Origin: Rhynchopus sp. YZ270_cl-10
Lineage: Eukaryota
Direction: 5' to 3'
Assembly: GCA_964035575.1 (NCBI GenBank)
Contig: OZ037833.1
Span: forward strand, 310,001 to 374,000
Length of the DNA stretch: 64,000 nucleotides
Shown here: piece by piece, positions 49,851-63,561 of the stretch
Numbering within the stretch: the first letter of the stretch is position 1
Layout: every line of letters begins with the position of its first letter
Notes under the pieces: model-generated
The model's database searches: none
Seen by the model: the letters and a program-made list of their open reading frames with translations, nothing else
Told to the model about the DNA's origin: nothing
Translations under genes and position numbers: made by a program

Positions 49851-50316
49851 CCTAGGGGGGGGACCTAAGGGGGGGGTAGGGGGTCACAAGGGGTAGAAAT
49901 TTTTGTTTTTCTGAATATTCGGCAGAAGGTGGAAAAACCACGAAAAAACACACCAGCAGTGTGACAAAAGAGACTATTTAGTTGAACTCGTCCAACCGCC
50001 TGGCTGGTTATAAGTTCCTTTTCCTAAACAGCCGAGTAGGCGAACTTTCGGGTTTTCCAAAAAGTCAGGCCGACTATGGTTTATCCAAACAAAACAGAAA
50101 TAATACACGCACATGAATGATTCGAAACAGATTTCAAAAAAGAATCTTTGGCTTTCCACGTGGAGACCACAGCACCCCACGACACCATGCTTTGCGCTCT
50201 GCAGAATGCTTGGAGCATTCTGCAGAGCGCTTTGAGACTTGCCCAGACGCCTGCCCGTGCCAAGCTCATTATATCACAGCTGAACGTTCAAGCCCACCCA
50301 ACACAACTCGCGTGAC

Positions 50317-53300
50317 TCACGTCATCTCTTCCTCCACATAGTCGTACACGTCACATCCTTCAACCAGAGCTGAAGCATCCTGCTCGTAGTGCTGCTGTCC
50401 GTTGTACGCCACCACAGACCTGTGTCGCCGTACAAACAACAATCCTGCCAGCACCACAACCAGAAGTGCACCAGAACTAGCCAGGATCCAAACGTAGGCG
50501 GGGGTACCGGATCCTGTCCCCTTGTCCTGCACTGCTGGTGCTGGTGCTTGTGTAGCCCACTGCAGGCCACAGGGCGCAACGCAGCTGGCAACAACCGCAC
50601 TCCCCTTCACACACCGCACCACAAGCACACCCTCCATGTTGCTCGCCATGTGCAGCGTCAGGTCCGCCCCCACTGCCACCACCGATCCCAACGTGGCTGT
50701 CACCGTCACGTCTGCGTTATCCTCGCACAGCAGCGTGCCTGAGAAGTCCTTCACAGCAGAGCTGTGTTCACCTGACATCTGCAGGCTTGCTCCTGTCGCG
50801 TACACAGCCTTCGCCACAGACAGTGTGGGCAGCACATCCACTGCGGAACCCCCTGGCATATCGTGAGGCACAAGCACCGACTGCACACGCATTGTGAAGG
50901 CGAAACTCATAAGCCACGTCTGCCCCGACGCAGGGCTCGCACGGAAAAACATCTTCTCTGCGTACACCGTGCTTGGCATGCCAACAAACGTCTCGTTTGG
51001 GCCAAGTGTCACCCCCGTCGACCACAGCACGGCGTCGCTGTTCTCTGAGTGAAGCATCAACACAAACTCCACTGTCTCCCCCTCAGCCGGCCCACGGGTC
51101 AGCACAAAGCTCAGCATGTATGCCGTGTGTGTATCAGATAGGTCCACCTTTGTGAGCTTGAACGGCAACATCAGGTCCAGCGAGACTGTGTTCACCATGC
51201 TGTGTTTGAAAAGTAAATCAGTTTTTGTGGAATTCATGATCGTGCAGGACCGTGGTACAAAACAAGCTTGACATACCTGTGCACGCGAAAGTCAATGAAG
51301 CCCTGGACAACTGCGGAAAGGAATTCTGTTCCGTTCACGAGAGGTGGTGATGCCGTCACAATGAATGGTGGCACTGTGGGCGGGTCGACACTTGTTGAGG
51401 GTACGTGTGTTGGACCGCCCCACGCGAACACAGCATCGGCAGTGGCGGACACCCATATGGCACTGCCACGCAGGCAGGTGGTCGTGAAGATCGTCACCAC
51501 ACCTGGGTGCTGAAACACGAAGGACGTCGCGTTCGAGGCCAGCACACGCAACGAACCTCTGAACGGAGACACCGTGAACGTCATCTCGCTGTCCACAGCA
51601 CCACAATCCAGCATCTGCATCCCAGACGTCATATCGTGATTGTGGCTCTCGCCAGACATTGGCAAAAGAGGCAAGAACCCAAACTCGTTTCTGTTGAGTC
51701 GCAACTTTGCCACGTCCAGCACAGGCACCTCAGGAATTGGTGTGAACTTGGTGTGCAACAACATCGTGCAATCGAATTCGTTTCCGCTTTCCCTCTGTGT
51801 CTGGAACAACACTGTGAACGTCTTTCCGTCAAAGGTCTCCTCTGCCGTGATCGTGGCAGTTTGCCCGGGGCCGAGAGTGACCAACTGCAGGACGCTCCCT
51901 GTGTCACCAATCACCGTAACCCAAAAGAGAGCACTTTCGCTGTCACCTGCAGCACGTGACAGCGTGAGTGCGTCAAATGAAAGCAACTGACCAGGAACAC
52001 TCAAGAAGCCTTGAGCCAACACAACAACAGACCTGCAAAAATATAGAAGGGAGATACGTAGGGTGTGGGTGTGGTGGGGGTGAGCGCCATTCCCATTCAG
52101 GTAAGGGGAACAAAGAAAAGAAAGGGTGCAAGATGAATCCAAGCCACACGTGCTACGTCAAAATCAATATCAAAACATACCCCGGAGCATATGTGCGCAC
52201 CCGTGCCTTGACAATTTGAGTGACGGCGACAGTAACTGCGACTGGCGACGATGTTCGCTCAGCAGTAAAAGCTGTTGGTAGTGCAGTTGGAGGCCCAGCT
52301 GTTGGTGGAGCAACTGTTGGAGAAACTGTCGGCACATCAGTTGGCCCAGCTGTTGGTGGAGCAACTGTTGGAGAAACTGTCGGCGCATCAGTTGGCCCAG
52401 CTGTTGGTGGAGCAACTGTTGGAGAAACTGTCGGCGCATCAGTTGGCCCAGCTGTTGGTGGAGCAACTGTTGGAGAAACTGTCGGCACATCAGTTGACCC
52501 AGCTGTTGGTGGAGCAACTGTCGGGGAAAGCAGAGGAACAGCTGTTGGCGGAACTGCTGTTGGGGTTACGTCCGAGAAGTCCCAGGAGAAGTGTGAGGCT
52601 TGCTCAGACACGACGAAGATCTGCTTGCCCTTCACACAGGGGATATCCATCCAAAACCGGTCGCCGATGTTGTTGCTTGCGCTGAAGGAAAACGCCGTCT
52701 CAGCGCCCGTGTGGTCGTGGATCGTGACAAACCCTGGCTCGCCGGACTTCAAATAGAACGTCAAGTTCCCGTGCGCTGTGCATGTGATAACACCTGCGTA
52801 TGTCTCTGCACTGGATGAGAGCTCACCGCTCATGCCCCACGTCGTGTCGACACCATCGTAGCTGCCTGCAGCGATGTTCTGTGCGACTGCGTCAGGAGAC
52901 AGTGCAGGTGTCAGCAGTTCGGGAACGCACTTGTTCGGAACAAACGTTAATCCCACGAACATGGAGAAGAAGTCCAGAAACTCAGGATGCCATGCTGTCA
53001 GCTTCACACACAGGTCGTCTCCACGCGCCCACGCAGCACGGTCAAACAGCACACCCGTCGTCTCCACAGTCCCCCAATACCCTGCCCCTATGTTCACATC
53101 CTTCGAGAACAGTGTTGTCGCATTCGACTCACATCCCTGTGTGATGGACAGCGTCACATTGCCATCTCCTGTTCCAGTATAGATGGTCAGCCTGGCGATA
53201 GACACAACGTAGTTGTCCATCACATCACCCTCAAGCAGGCTGATGGTAGAGCCCACACCAGCAGAAACAGCTCCATACCTGTGTGGTGGTGTTGTGTGTG

Positions 53301-56300
53301 GCACATTATTCCTCATTCCAATTGCACAAGATGTGTAATATTTGGGTGACGGGCTAAAAAACCCTACCAGGTTAGCGAGCGGCAGGTTAGCGAGCTGGTG
53401 TGGTAATGGAGGCAGAACAGAGGCTTTTTAACACATCTTATCATGTACCAAGTATGCCTCCCCGACAAAAAAAAAATTTTTCCCGTCGTGACGGTCGTTA
53501 TACTTATTCGTATATGCCAGGGGATTATATTAGTGGGGTAAAACTCGGTCAGCCTGACCGAGTTGACAGCAAGCCTTAACTAAAACTCGGTCAGGCCAAA
53601 TGTAAAAAAAACAAGTAATTGCTATCGGGAAAAAAACGGGGTGTGCTGTGGTTATGGGGGGACCCACACTCCTGAACACCACCCTGTAGAAATAATCTAC
53701 ACTCTGCTCTTCTGCAGGTATGCGAAAACGCTGCCACAACCACTGGGACGTCCTATAGGGACGCCTAATAAAACACGTACGTGCACGGTGGCTTGGTCAG
53801 GTGACTGACCAGGCTTTTAGCCTGGTCAAAATGACCAGGCCCCCCCTTGGTCATGACCAAGCCCCCCCCTTGGTCATGACCGAGGGGGGGCCTGGTCATG
53901 ACCAAGGGGGGACTTGGTGACCAGGCCCCCCCTTGGTCATGACGGGTAAAAATGCACGGTGGGGGGTTTGAAAACCCTGCAAAAAAAACAAAATAAGACC
54001 ACAAAGCATGTATACTGTGTATACTGTGTATACTGTGTATACTGTGTATACTGTGCATACTGTGTATACTGTGTATACTGTGTATACTGTGTATACTGTG
54101 TATACTGTGTATACTGTGTATACTGTGTATACTGTGTATACTGTGTATACTGTGTATACTGTGTATACTGTGTATACTGTGTATACTGTGTATACTGTAT
54201 ACTGTGTATACTGTGTATACTGTGTATACTGTGTATACTGTGTATACTGTGTATACTGTGTATACTGTGTATACTGTGTATACTGTGTTTACTGTGTATA
54301 CTGTGTATACTGTGTATACTGTGTATACTGTGTATACTGTGTATACTGTGTATACTGTGTATACTGTGTATACTGTGTATACTGTGTATACTGTGTATAC
54401 TGTGTATACTGTGTATACTGTGTATACTGTGTATACTGTGCATACTGTGTATACTGTGTATACTGTGTATACTGTGTATACTGTGTATACTGTGTATACT
54501 GTATACTGTGTATACTGTGTATACTGTGTATACTGTGTATACTGTGTATACTGTGTATACTGTGTATACTGTGTTTACTGTGTATACTGTGTATACTGTG
54601 TATACTGTGTATACTGTGTATACTGTGTATACTGTGTATACTGTGTATACTGTGTATACTGTGTATACTGTGTATACTGTGTATACTGTGTATACTGTGT
54701 ATTCTGTGTATTCTGTGTATACTGTGTATACTGTGTATACTGTGTATACTGTGTATACTGTGTTTACTGTGTATACTGTGTATACTGTGTATACTGTGTA
54801 TACTGTGTATACTGTGTATACTGTGTATACTGTGTATACTGTGTATACTGTGTATACTGTGTATACTGTGTATACTGTGTATACTGTGTATACTGTGTTT
54901 ACTGTGTATACTGTGTATACTGTGTATACTGTGTATACTGTGTATACTGTGTATACTGTGTATACTGTGTATACTGTGTATACTGTGTATACTGTGTATA
55001 CTGTGTATACTGTGTATACTGTGTATTCTGTGTATTCTGTGTATACTGTGTATACTGTGTATACTGTGTATACTGTGTTTACTGTGTATACTGTGTATAC
55101 TGTGTATACTGTGTATACTGTGTATACTGTGTATACTGTGCATACTGTGTATACTGTGTATACTGTGTATACTGTGTATACTGTGTATACTGTGTATACT
55201 GTGTATACTGTGTATACTGTATACTGTGTATACTGTGTATACTGTGTATACTGTGTATACTGTGTATACTGTGCATACTGTGTATACTGTGTATACTGTG
55301 TATACTGTGTATACTGTGTATACTGTGTATACTGTGTATACTGTGTATACTGTGTATACTGTGCATACTGTGTATACTGTGTATACTGTGTATACTGTGT
55401 ATACTGTGTATACTGTGTATACTGTGTATACTGTGTATACTGTGTATACTGTGTATACTGTGTATACTGTGTATACTGTGTATACTGTGTATACTGTGTA
55501 TACTGTGTATACTGTGTATACTGTGTATACTGTGTATACTGTGTATACTGTGTATACACAGTATACACCTTTTACCTGTGTACCTGTGTTCACAGAAAAA
55601 CACAGTATACACAGTATACACAGTATACACAGTATACACAGTATACACAGAATACACAGAATACACAGTATACACAGTATACACAGTATACACAGTATAC
55701 ACAGTATACACAGTATACACAGTATACACAGTATACACAGTATACACAGTATACACAGTATACACAGTATACACAGTATACACAGTATACACAGTATACA
55801 CAGTATACACAGAATACACAGAATACACAGTATACACAGTATACACAGTATACACAGTATACACAGTATACACAGTATACACAGTATACACAGTATACAC
55901 AGTATACACAGTATACACAGTATACACAGTATACACAGTATGCACAGTATACACAGTATACACAGTATACACAGTATACACAGTATACACAGTATACACA
56001 GTATACACAGTATACACAGTATACACAGTATACACAGTATACACAGTATACACAGTATACACAGTATACACAGTATACACAGTATACACAGTATGCACAG
56101 TATACACAGTATGCACAGTATACACAGTATACACAGTATACACAGTATACACAGTATACACAGTATACACAGTATGCACAGTATACACAGTATGCACAGT
56201 ATACACAGTATACACAGTATACACAGTATACACAGTATACACAGTATACACAGTATACACAGTATACACAGTATACACAGTATACACAGTATACACAGTA

Positions 56301-59300
56301 TACACAGTATACACAGTATACACAGTATACACAGTATACACAGTATACACAGTATACACAGTATACACAGTATACACAGTATACACAGTATACACAGTAT
56401 ACACAGTATACACAGTATACACAGTATACACAGTATACACAGTATACACAGTATACACAGTATACACAGTATACACAGTATACACAGTATACACAGTATA
56501 CACAGTATGCACAGTATACACAGTATGCACAGTATACACAGTATACACAGTATACACAGTATACACAGTATACACAGTATACACAGTATACACAGTATAC
56601 ACAGTATACACAGTATACACAGTATACACAGTATACACAGTATACACAGTATACACAGTATACACAGTATACACAGTATACACAGTATACACAGTATACA
56701 CAGTATACACAGTATACACAGTATACATGCTTTGTGGTCTTATTTTGTTTTTTTTGCAGGGTTTTCAAACCCCCCACCGTGCATTTTTACCCGTCATGAC
56801 CAAGGGGGGGCCTGGTCACCAAGCCCCCCCTTGGTCATGACCAGGCCCCCCCTCGGTCATGACCAAGGGGGGGCTTGGTCATCACCAAACCCCCTTGGTC
56901 ATGTTTTTAGCTTGGTCAGAGCCTGGTCAGTCACCTGACCAAGCCACCGGGCCCCTAAGTAACGGAACAGGTGCCGCACCTGTTCCGTTACCTATACCTA
57001 GGACCCTGCTATATTGCGTAGTTGTTGCGTACTTGGTATTTTTTATTTCAGGAGCACCAGGTATATTAAGATTTGCGGAGCACCTTCGGGAGAACCACGG
57101 GGGAACCACGGAGAATCCATTGCGCCATTTCATTTATTTTCAACTTACCTTCCTTCACCCCCCTGTAAGGGTAACCGTAGGTGAAGTAAGGTATAGTATT
57201 GAAATCGATGTGGGGGGGGGGAAAGGGTCAATATTACAAACCCGGATTTTGAGGAAAATTTTTGCCAAAAATGGGCCCCACGTATAAGCAACCGGGCTCA
57301 TATTTCTCAAAATTTAAGTGGTCAAAAAATTGTCCAATTTTCGAGATTGACCCCACCACTGCACGGGCGGAGCCCAAAAATGCAAATAAGGACCCTTTTT
57401 AATTTGTTCTCTTGAAATGTGTAATTTCAAGTTTTCTAGAAAAAAAGAAAAGTTTATAAGATGATCCTAAGCCTCTCGTGCTTAGTCACCTTATCATATT
57501 CGAAAAAAATACTGATCCTACACGGGTTGAAGGAAGGTGTGTTGAAAACAACAACAACAATAAAACAACGAATTGCTAAGAAAAAAAACGAGGTGTGTTG
57601 TGGGAAACTCCGCGCGATTTTCGAAACCAACATAGCAGCCTGGCGCTTTGCTGGGTGGTGCTGATGCGCATGGTGTGATCGACGACAATTAGTCGTCCGT
57701 GTTCCTTGCGCACTCCTCCTCCGACGACGATGAGTGGCAGGCTGTGGACGACAACGAGCTGCAACACGCCGACCATCCATCGAGCAAATGGTGCTGGGCG
57801 AAGAGGGGTCTGAGGATGACAGCCCCCGTTTTTGAACGTTTCAAGTGCAGGCGCCCCAGTGGTTCTGGCAGTGTTTTCGCATACCTGCAGAAGAGCAGAG
57901 TGTAGATTATTTCTACAGGCCAGTGTTCAGGAGTGTGGGTCCCCCCATAACCACAGCACACCCCGTTTTTTTTCTGATAGCAATTACTTGTTTTTTTTCG
58001 TGTTTTCCCCCCTATGGTGAGGGTGGGTGTGGGTGGGTGTGTGGGGGTGGCGCACAGCTCTATAGTAATATATATTATTGACGTGTAATATTTTTGCCTT
58101 TATTTCACGCACAGCCCCAAAAAACCCCGAGGAGTGGTTTTTTTCCCCGAGGGCGCAGCCCGAGGGGAAAAAATACCACTCCGAGGGGTTTTGGGGCTGT
58201 AAGTGAAATTAAGGCAAAATATTACACCAACAATACATTTTTTTATTGCACAACGGGGCACTTTTATTTCACAACCCGGGGGTCTGCTAAACGCTTAGTT
58301 CTCAAGGCTTACGTTCATCGTATCAACTTCCCTTTGGTGTTGGGGTTATCTTCATTCAATTTTTTCTCTTTTCGAAATATCTTTATCTCCTGTATCACAA
58401 CCTTGCAGAGTTGCTGATGTCCGACCTAAACACCATTGAGGCAGATGGAGTGGCCACTCCACAGGCAGCACTGTTCCCGTAGGTGGGCACACCCCACCCC
58501 CACCAGCCGCATCCGCTTCCATCTAAGGTGAAACAGGTGAAAAAATCCCTCAGATGGTCAAAATACCCAAATTTTGCGTTTTTTTGCATTTTTCGGTACC
58601 CCAAGACCCCACCCAGGAGTCGAAATTTTCCGGGGGGAAAAATTTTTTTTCCCCGATTTTTCGGATTTTTGCTAAGGCGCTGGCCCATACAAACCGGTTT
58701 TTTGTACAGAAAATGACCGGGGAATAAATATGTGATGCTCAAAACATCAAAATTCTTGCTTTATTTGCATTTTTGGGTCCATCTGAGCCCAAAAAAAAAT
58801 TTTTTTTTCGGCCGAAAATTTTGTTTTTGCGAAAAAAAAAAAAAAAATCGAGCAGTGAAATAAAGAGTGAAATAAAGAGTGAAATAAAGAAATAAAGCCT
58901 TTTTTATTTCACTGCCGTTTTTATTTTTCTACAGGAATTTGTTAGGGGAGTGAAATTAAAGTGCCCCGACGTGCAATAAAAACTAAAAAACCAAGGTTTT
59001 TTAGAATTGTGCTTCACTCCGTGTGCAAATGTGGCAAAGGTTCACAACCCCACTGACTGTTGTACTTCCTCTTCCCCTACACGATGTGGTTTACTACAAA
59101 AGATGTTAAAGCGCATAGACCTGTGTCTTGCATCTTGACATTGTTCTGAAGTGGAAGAGGGACACATACCCGTCTGTGGCGCGCGCCTGTATCCTGTGCA
59201 TCTCGTGTACCGGGCGGACAACTGATGCGGGAACTGCAGTTGGTGGTGGAGCAACTGTCGTGGGAACATCTGTTTGCGGAACTGCTGTTGGGATTCCGCC

Positions 59301-62300
59301 CAAGGTTGTCCAGGAGAAGTGTGAGGCTTGCTCAGACACGACGAAGATCTGCTTGCCCTTCTCACAGTGGACCTCCATCCCATCGGGGTCGGTGTAGACT
59401 GTGCTGTGGGCAAACGCCGTCACAGCGCCTGCGTGGTCGTGGATCGTGACAAACCCTGGCTCGCCGGACTTCAAATAGAACCTCAAGGTCCCGTGCGCTG
59501 TGCATGTGATAACACCTGCGTATGTCTCTGCACTGGATGAGAGCTCACCGCTCATGCCCCACGTCGTGTCGACACCATCGTAGCTGCCTGCAGCGATGTT
59601 CTGTGTGACTGCGTCAGGAGACAGTGCAGGTGTCAGCAGTTCGGGAACGCCTTTGTTCGGAACAAACGTTAATCCCACGGACATTGTGAACCACAGATTA
59701 CGATAAGTCCCTGTCAGCTTCACACACAGGTCGTCACCACGCGCCCACGCAGCACGGTCAAACAGCACACCCGTCGTCTCCACAGTCATCCATTCCCATG
59801 ACGGCATGTTCACATCCTTCGAGAACAGTGTTGTCGCATTCGACTCACATCCCTGTGTGATGGACAGCGTCACATTGCCATCTCCTGTTCCAGTATAGAT
59901 GGTCAGCCTGGCGATAGACACAACGTAGTTGTCCATCACATCACCCTCAAGCAGGCTGATGGTAGAGCCCACACCAGCAGAAACAGCTCCATACCTGTGT
60001 GGTGGTGTTGTGTGTGTCACATTATTCCTCATTCCAATTGCACAAGATGTGTAATATTGTGCTTCACCCTGTGGTGCAAATGTGGCAAAAAGTTCATCAC
60101 CCATGGTTTCGGGAAGAGAGAAAAACTGGTTTTTCTAGTTTTATTCTCCAGGGTGGTGAAAACTGGTGTTTCTGTCGAAAACCTCCACCGTTGACGGACA
60201 CATTCACTTTTTATTTTGGATTTTTCGGGGTGGGTTCAGTGTCTTATACAGGAATCCAGATTTCAGGATTGGGGCAAGACAATGCATCTGTACCCTCGCA
60301 TCAAAATTGTGGAAAACTTTGCACCCCAAACACCCTCAACGACGCCCGCCAAAAGGCGCCCTTTGTTGCTGGGAGTTGGTTCTCATGTTTGATACCTCAC
60401 AGTAGGCATTCCTCTGAGTCCAACGCTGTTTGGCCTGACTGCGGCGTTGCACCGAAGGTGCACGAATGTGACGGGAATTTTTGCGGCGTCACATTCCCTC
60501 ATGAGCGGGTCACACTTCAGGGCATGTGCCACTGCACGGGCCTGGGAACCTCAGGGGAACCAGTTCCCCGGCCCGCCGGTGTGGTCGGCTGGTGAACCTG
60601 AAACCCGGTAAAATATATAGAGTAACCCGGAAATTCCTGACCCCGGGGCGACTCCCCAACCTCCAAAAACCCTCCAAACTACTCCCATACCGTCCCATAC
60701 CCTCCCAAACCCGAATGTTCGTGACGTCAACTAGCCTAATAATTAGAGTGTAATTATGCTCTAACTACACTCTAATTATAGTCTAATTAAGGGCGAGCGA
60801 CTCATTATACTCTAACTGACTCGGCCCAAATCCCAGACTCTAATTATACGCCAAACTCTACTTCGAGCGCATATGACATTGTTCTGAAGTGGAAGGTGGA
60901 CACATACCCGTCTGTGACATGCGCATTTGTCCTGAGCATCATGTCCGAGACGAAGGCCCAGGAGAAGTGTGAGGCTTGCTCAGACACGACGAAGATCTGC
61001 TTGCCCTTCACACAGGGGACATCCATCCAAAACCGGTCGCCGTTGGCGAGGCTTGCGCTGATGGAAAATGCCGTCTCAGCGCCCGTGTGGTCGTGGATCG
61101 TGACAAACCCTGGCTCGCCGGACTTCAAATAGAACCTCAAGTTCCCGTGCGCTGTGCATGTGATAACACCTGCGTATGTCTCTGCACTGGATGAGAGCTC
61201 ACCGCCTATGCCCCACGTCGTGTCGACACCATCGTAGCTGCCTGCAGCGATGTTCTGTGTGACTGCGTCAGGAGACAGTGCAGGTGTCAGCAGTTCGGGA
61301 ATGCCTTTGTTCGGAACAAACGTTAATACCACGGACATGGAGAAGAATTCCAGAAACTTAGAATCCCCTGTCAGCTTCACACACAGGTCGTCACCACGCG
61401 CCCACTCAGCACGGTCAAACAGCGCACCCGTCGTCTCCACAGTCATCCATTGCCATGCCCCTATGATCACATCCTTCGAGAACAGTGTTGTCGCATTCGA
61501 CTCACATCCCTGTGTGATGGACAGCGCCGCACCGAAGACACTTTCTTTAGTTCCGATCCTCAGCCTGGCGATAGACACAACGTAGTTGTCCATCACATCA
61601 CCCTCAAGCAGGCTGATGGTAGAGCCCACACCAGCAGAAACACCTCCAGATCTGTATGGTGGTGTTGCGTGTGGCACATTATTCCCCAGTCTAATTTTGT
61701 GCTTCACCCTGTGTGCAAATGTGGCAAAGGTTCACAACCCCACTGGCTGTTGTACTTCCTCTTCCCCTACACGATGTGGTTTACTACAAAAGATGTTAAA
61801 GCGCATAGACCTGTGTCTTGCATCTTGACATTGTTCTGAAGTGGAAGAGGGACACATACCCGTCTGTGACACTCGTCTGTGTCCTGTGCATCTCGTAGGA
61901 GAAGGCATTCCAGGAGAAGTGTGAGGCTTGCTCAGACACGACGAAGATCTGCTTGCCCTTCACACAGGGGACATCCATCCAAAACCGGTCGCCGATGGTG
62001 TTGCTTGCGCTGAAGGAAAACGCCGTCTCAGCGCCCGTGTGGTCGTGGATCGTGACAAACCCTGGCTCGCCGGACTTCAAATAGAACGTCAAGTTCCCGT
62101 GCGCTGTGCATGTGATAACACCTGCGTATGTCTCTGCACTGGATGAGAGCTCACCGCTCATGCCCCACGTCGTGTCGACACCATCGTAGCTGCCTGCAGC
62201 GATGTTCTGTGCGACTGCGTCAGGAGACAGTGCAGGTGTCAGCAGTTCGGGAACGCACTTGTTCGGAACAAAGGTTAATACCACGAACATGGAGAAGAAG

Positions 62301-62876
62301 TCTACAAACGGAGGACGCCATGCTGCCAGCTTCACACACAGGTCATCACCACGCGCCCACTCAGCACGGTCAAACAGCACACCCGTCGTCTCCACAGTCC
62401 CCCAAGACCCTGCCCCTATGTTCACATCCTTCGAGAACAGTGTTGTCGCGTTCGACTCACATCCCTGTGTGATGGACAGCGCCGCACCGAAGACATTTTC
62501 TTTAGTTTCGATCCTCAGCCTGGCGATAGACACAACGTAGTTGTCCATCACATCACCCTCAAGCAGGCTGATGGTAGAGCCCACACCAGCAGAAATAGCT
62601 CCATACCTGTGTGGTGGTGTTGTGTGTGGCACATTATTCCTCATTCCAATTGCACAAGATGTGTAATATTGTGCTTCGCTCTGTGTGCAAATGTGTACAG
62701 ACCTGTGTCTTGCATCTTGACATTGTTCTGAAGTGGAAGAGGGACACATACCCGTCTGTGACGCGCGCCTGTATCCTGTGCATCTCGTGTACCGTGCTGG
62801 CCAGTGAAGCCTCTGCCAGAAGAGATAGCAGCACAAAGGCAGTGGTGTGCTTCCCCTGCGCACATGGTGCTGACAT
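50317..62876 (-). CDS. Modular type I surface protein (~1,725 aa), 7 exons: 62876-62752, 62606-61860, 61651-60908, 59994-59170, 53278-52181, 52032-51277, 51199-50317
   Basis: Six GTATGT...CAG introns, all phase 2, give one open frame: signal peptide, four ~250-aa paralogous modules, Pro/Thr stalk (20-aa repeats), two divergent modules, TM helix (VWILASSGALLVVVLAGLLFV), Tyr-containing tail. Confidence 0.88.
53786..56949. mobile_element. 3.2-kb foldback element: ~220-bp TIRs plus inverted 9-bp satellite arrays
   Basis: CGGTGGCTTGGTCAGGTGACTGACCAGGC...GCCTGGTCAGTCACCTGACCAAGCCACCG; (TGTGTATAC)n at ~54009-55557 and its reverse complement at ~55601-56726. Confidence 0.92.
58075..58982. repeat. 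Hairpin (~58075-58235) and adjacent inverted-repeat-bounded segment (~58243-58982)
   Basis: GTGTAATATTTTTGCC...GGCAAAATATTACAC imperfect stem; TTATTGCACAACGGGGCACTTT pairs with AAAGTGCCCCGACGTGCAATAA. Confidence 0.65.
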
Positions 62877-63561
62877 TGATAGTTGGTATCTGGGTGGTGT
62901 GATATGGTGTGGTCGTGTGAGGATGAGTATCCTTGGGTCATATGGGTACAGCCCTGCTTTGCGATGCAGCAGACGAACCCCGAAAGCGATTTCGGCATTT
63001 TCATACATTGAACTCCCCGAGAGTCTCTGAGAGTTTGGCAGGAAATGCCAACAAAAATATACAAACCCCATTCATCTTTTGTTTAGTTGGTACGCTATCC
63101 ATATCATACGCACTGTCCGTCAGGGGGTTACGTTTGGTTTTCTGTTCTTGTTTTCATGCAAATAAAAATTGAAATGTCACTCCTACTTTTCCTTCTTGTG
63201 TTTCCCCACAATAAAACAATAAAGACAAAAGGGAGAGATGGTGAACCTCGTCCTGCGTCGCTGGCACCGCTTGATATGAGTGCAGAGCTACTTCTCGGCG
63301 GAGCCCTCCGGAAATCCTGCAAGCGTTGCGGACTCATATACCGTCACCCTGGACACCCCGGACCCGCTCCAAAGCCGTCACCAGGTTGTACGATCAGGTG
63401 GGGGCCGAATATTTCTTTAGAGTGTCGATGGATACGAGCTTTTGGAGCCACAAAAATATGGCTTCGTCCCACCGGAGTTTGCCGCTCCTGGGACTCCCAG
63501 TTCTTCTGGAACTGCACAAAGCGCTCCTTTCCTGTCCCCGTTCACGCCTCGGATTGCAGAC

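Noticed and set aside
53937..56938. Long ORFs of YTV/CIL/HSI/TQY repeats
   Set aside because: Artefacts of a stop-free 9-bp satellite, open in most frames.
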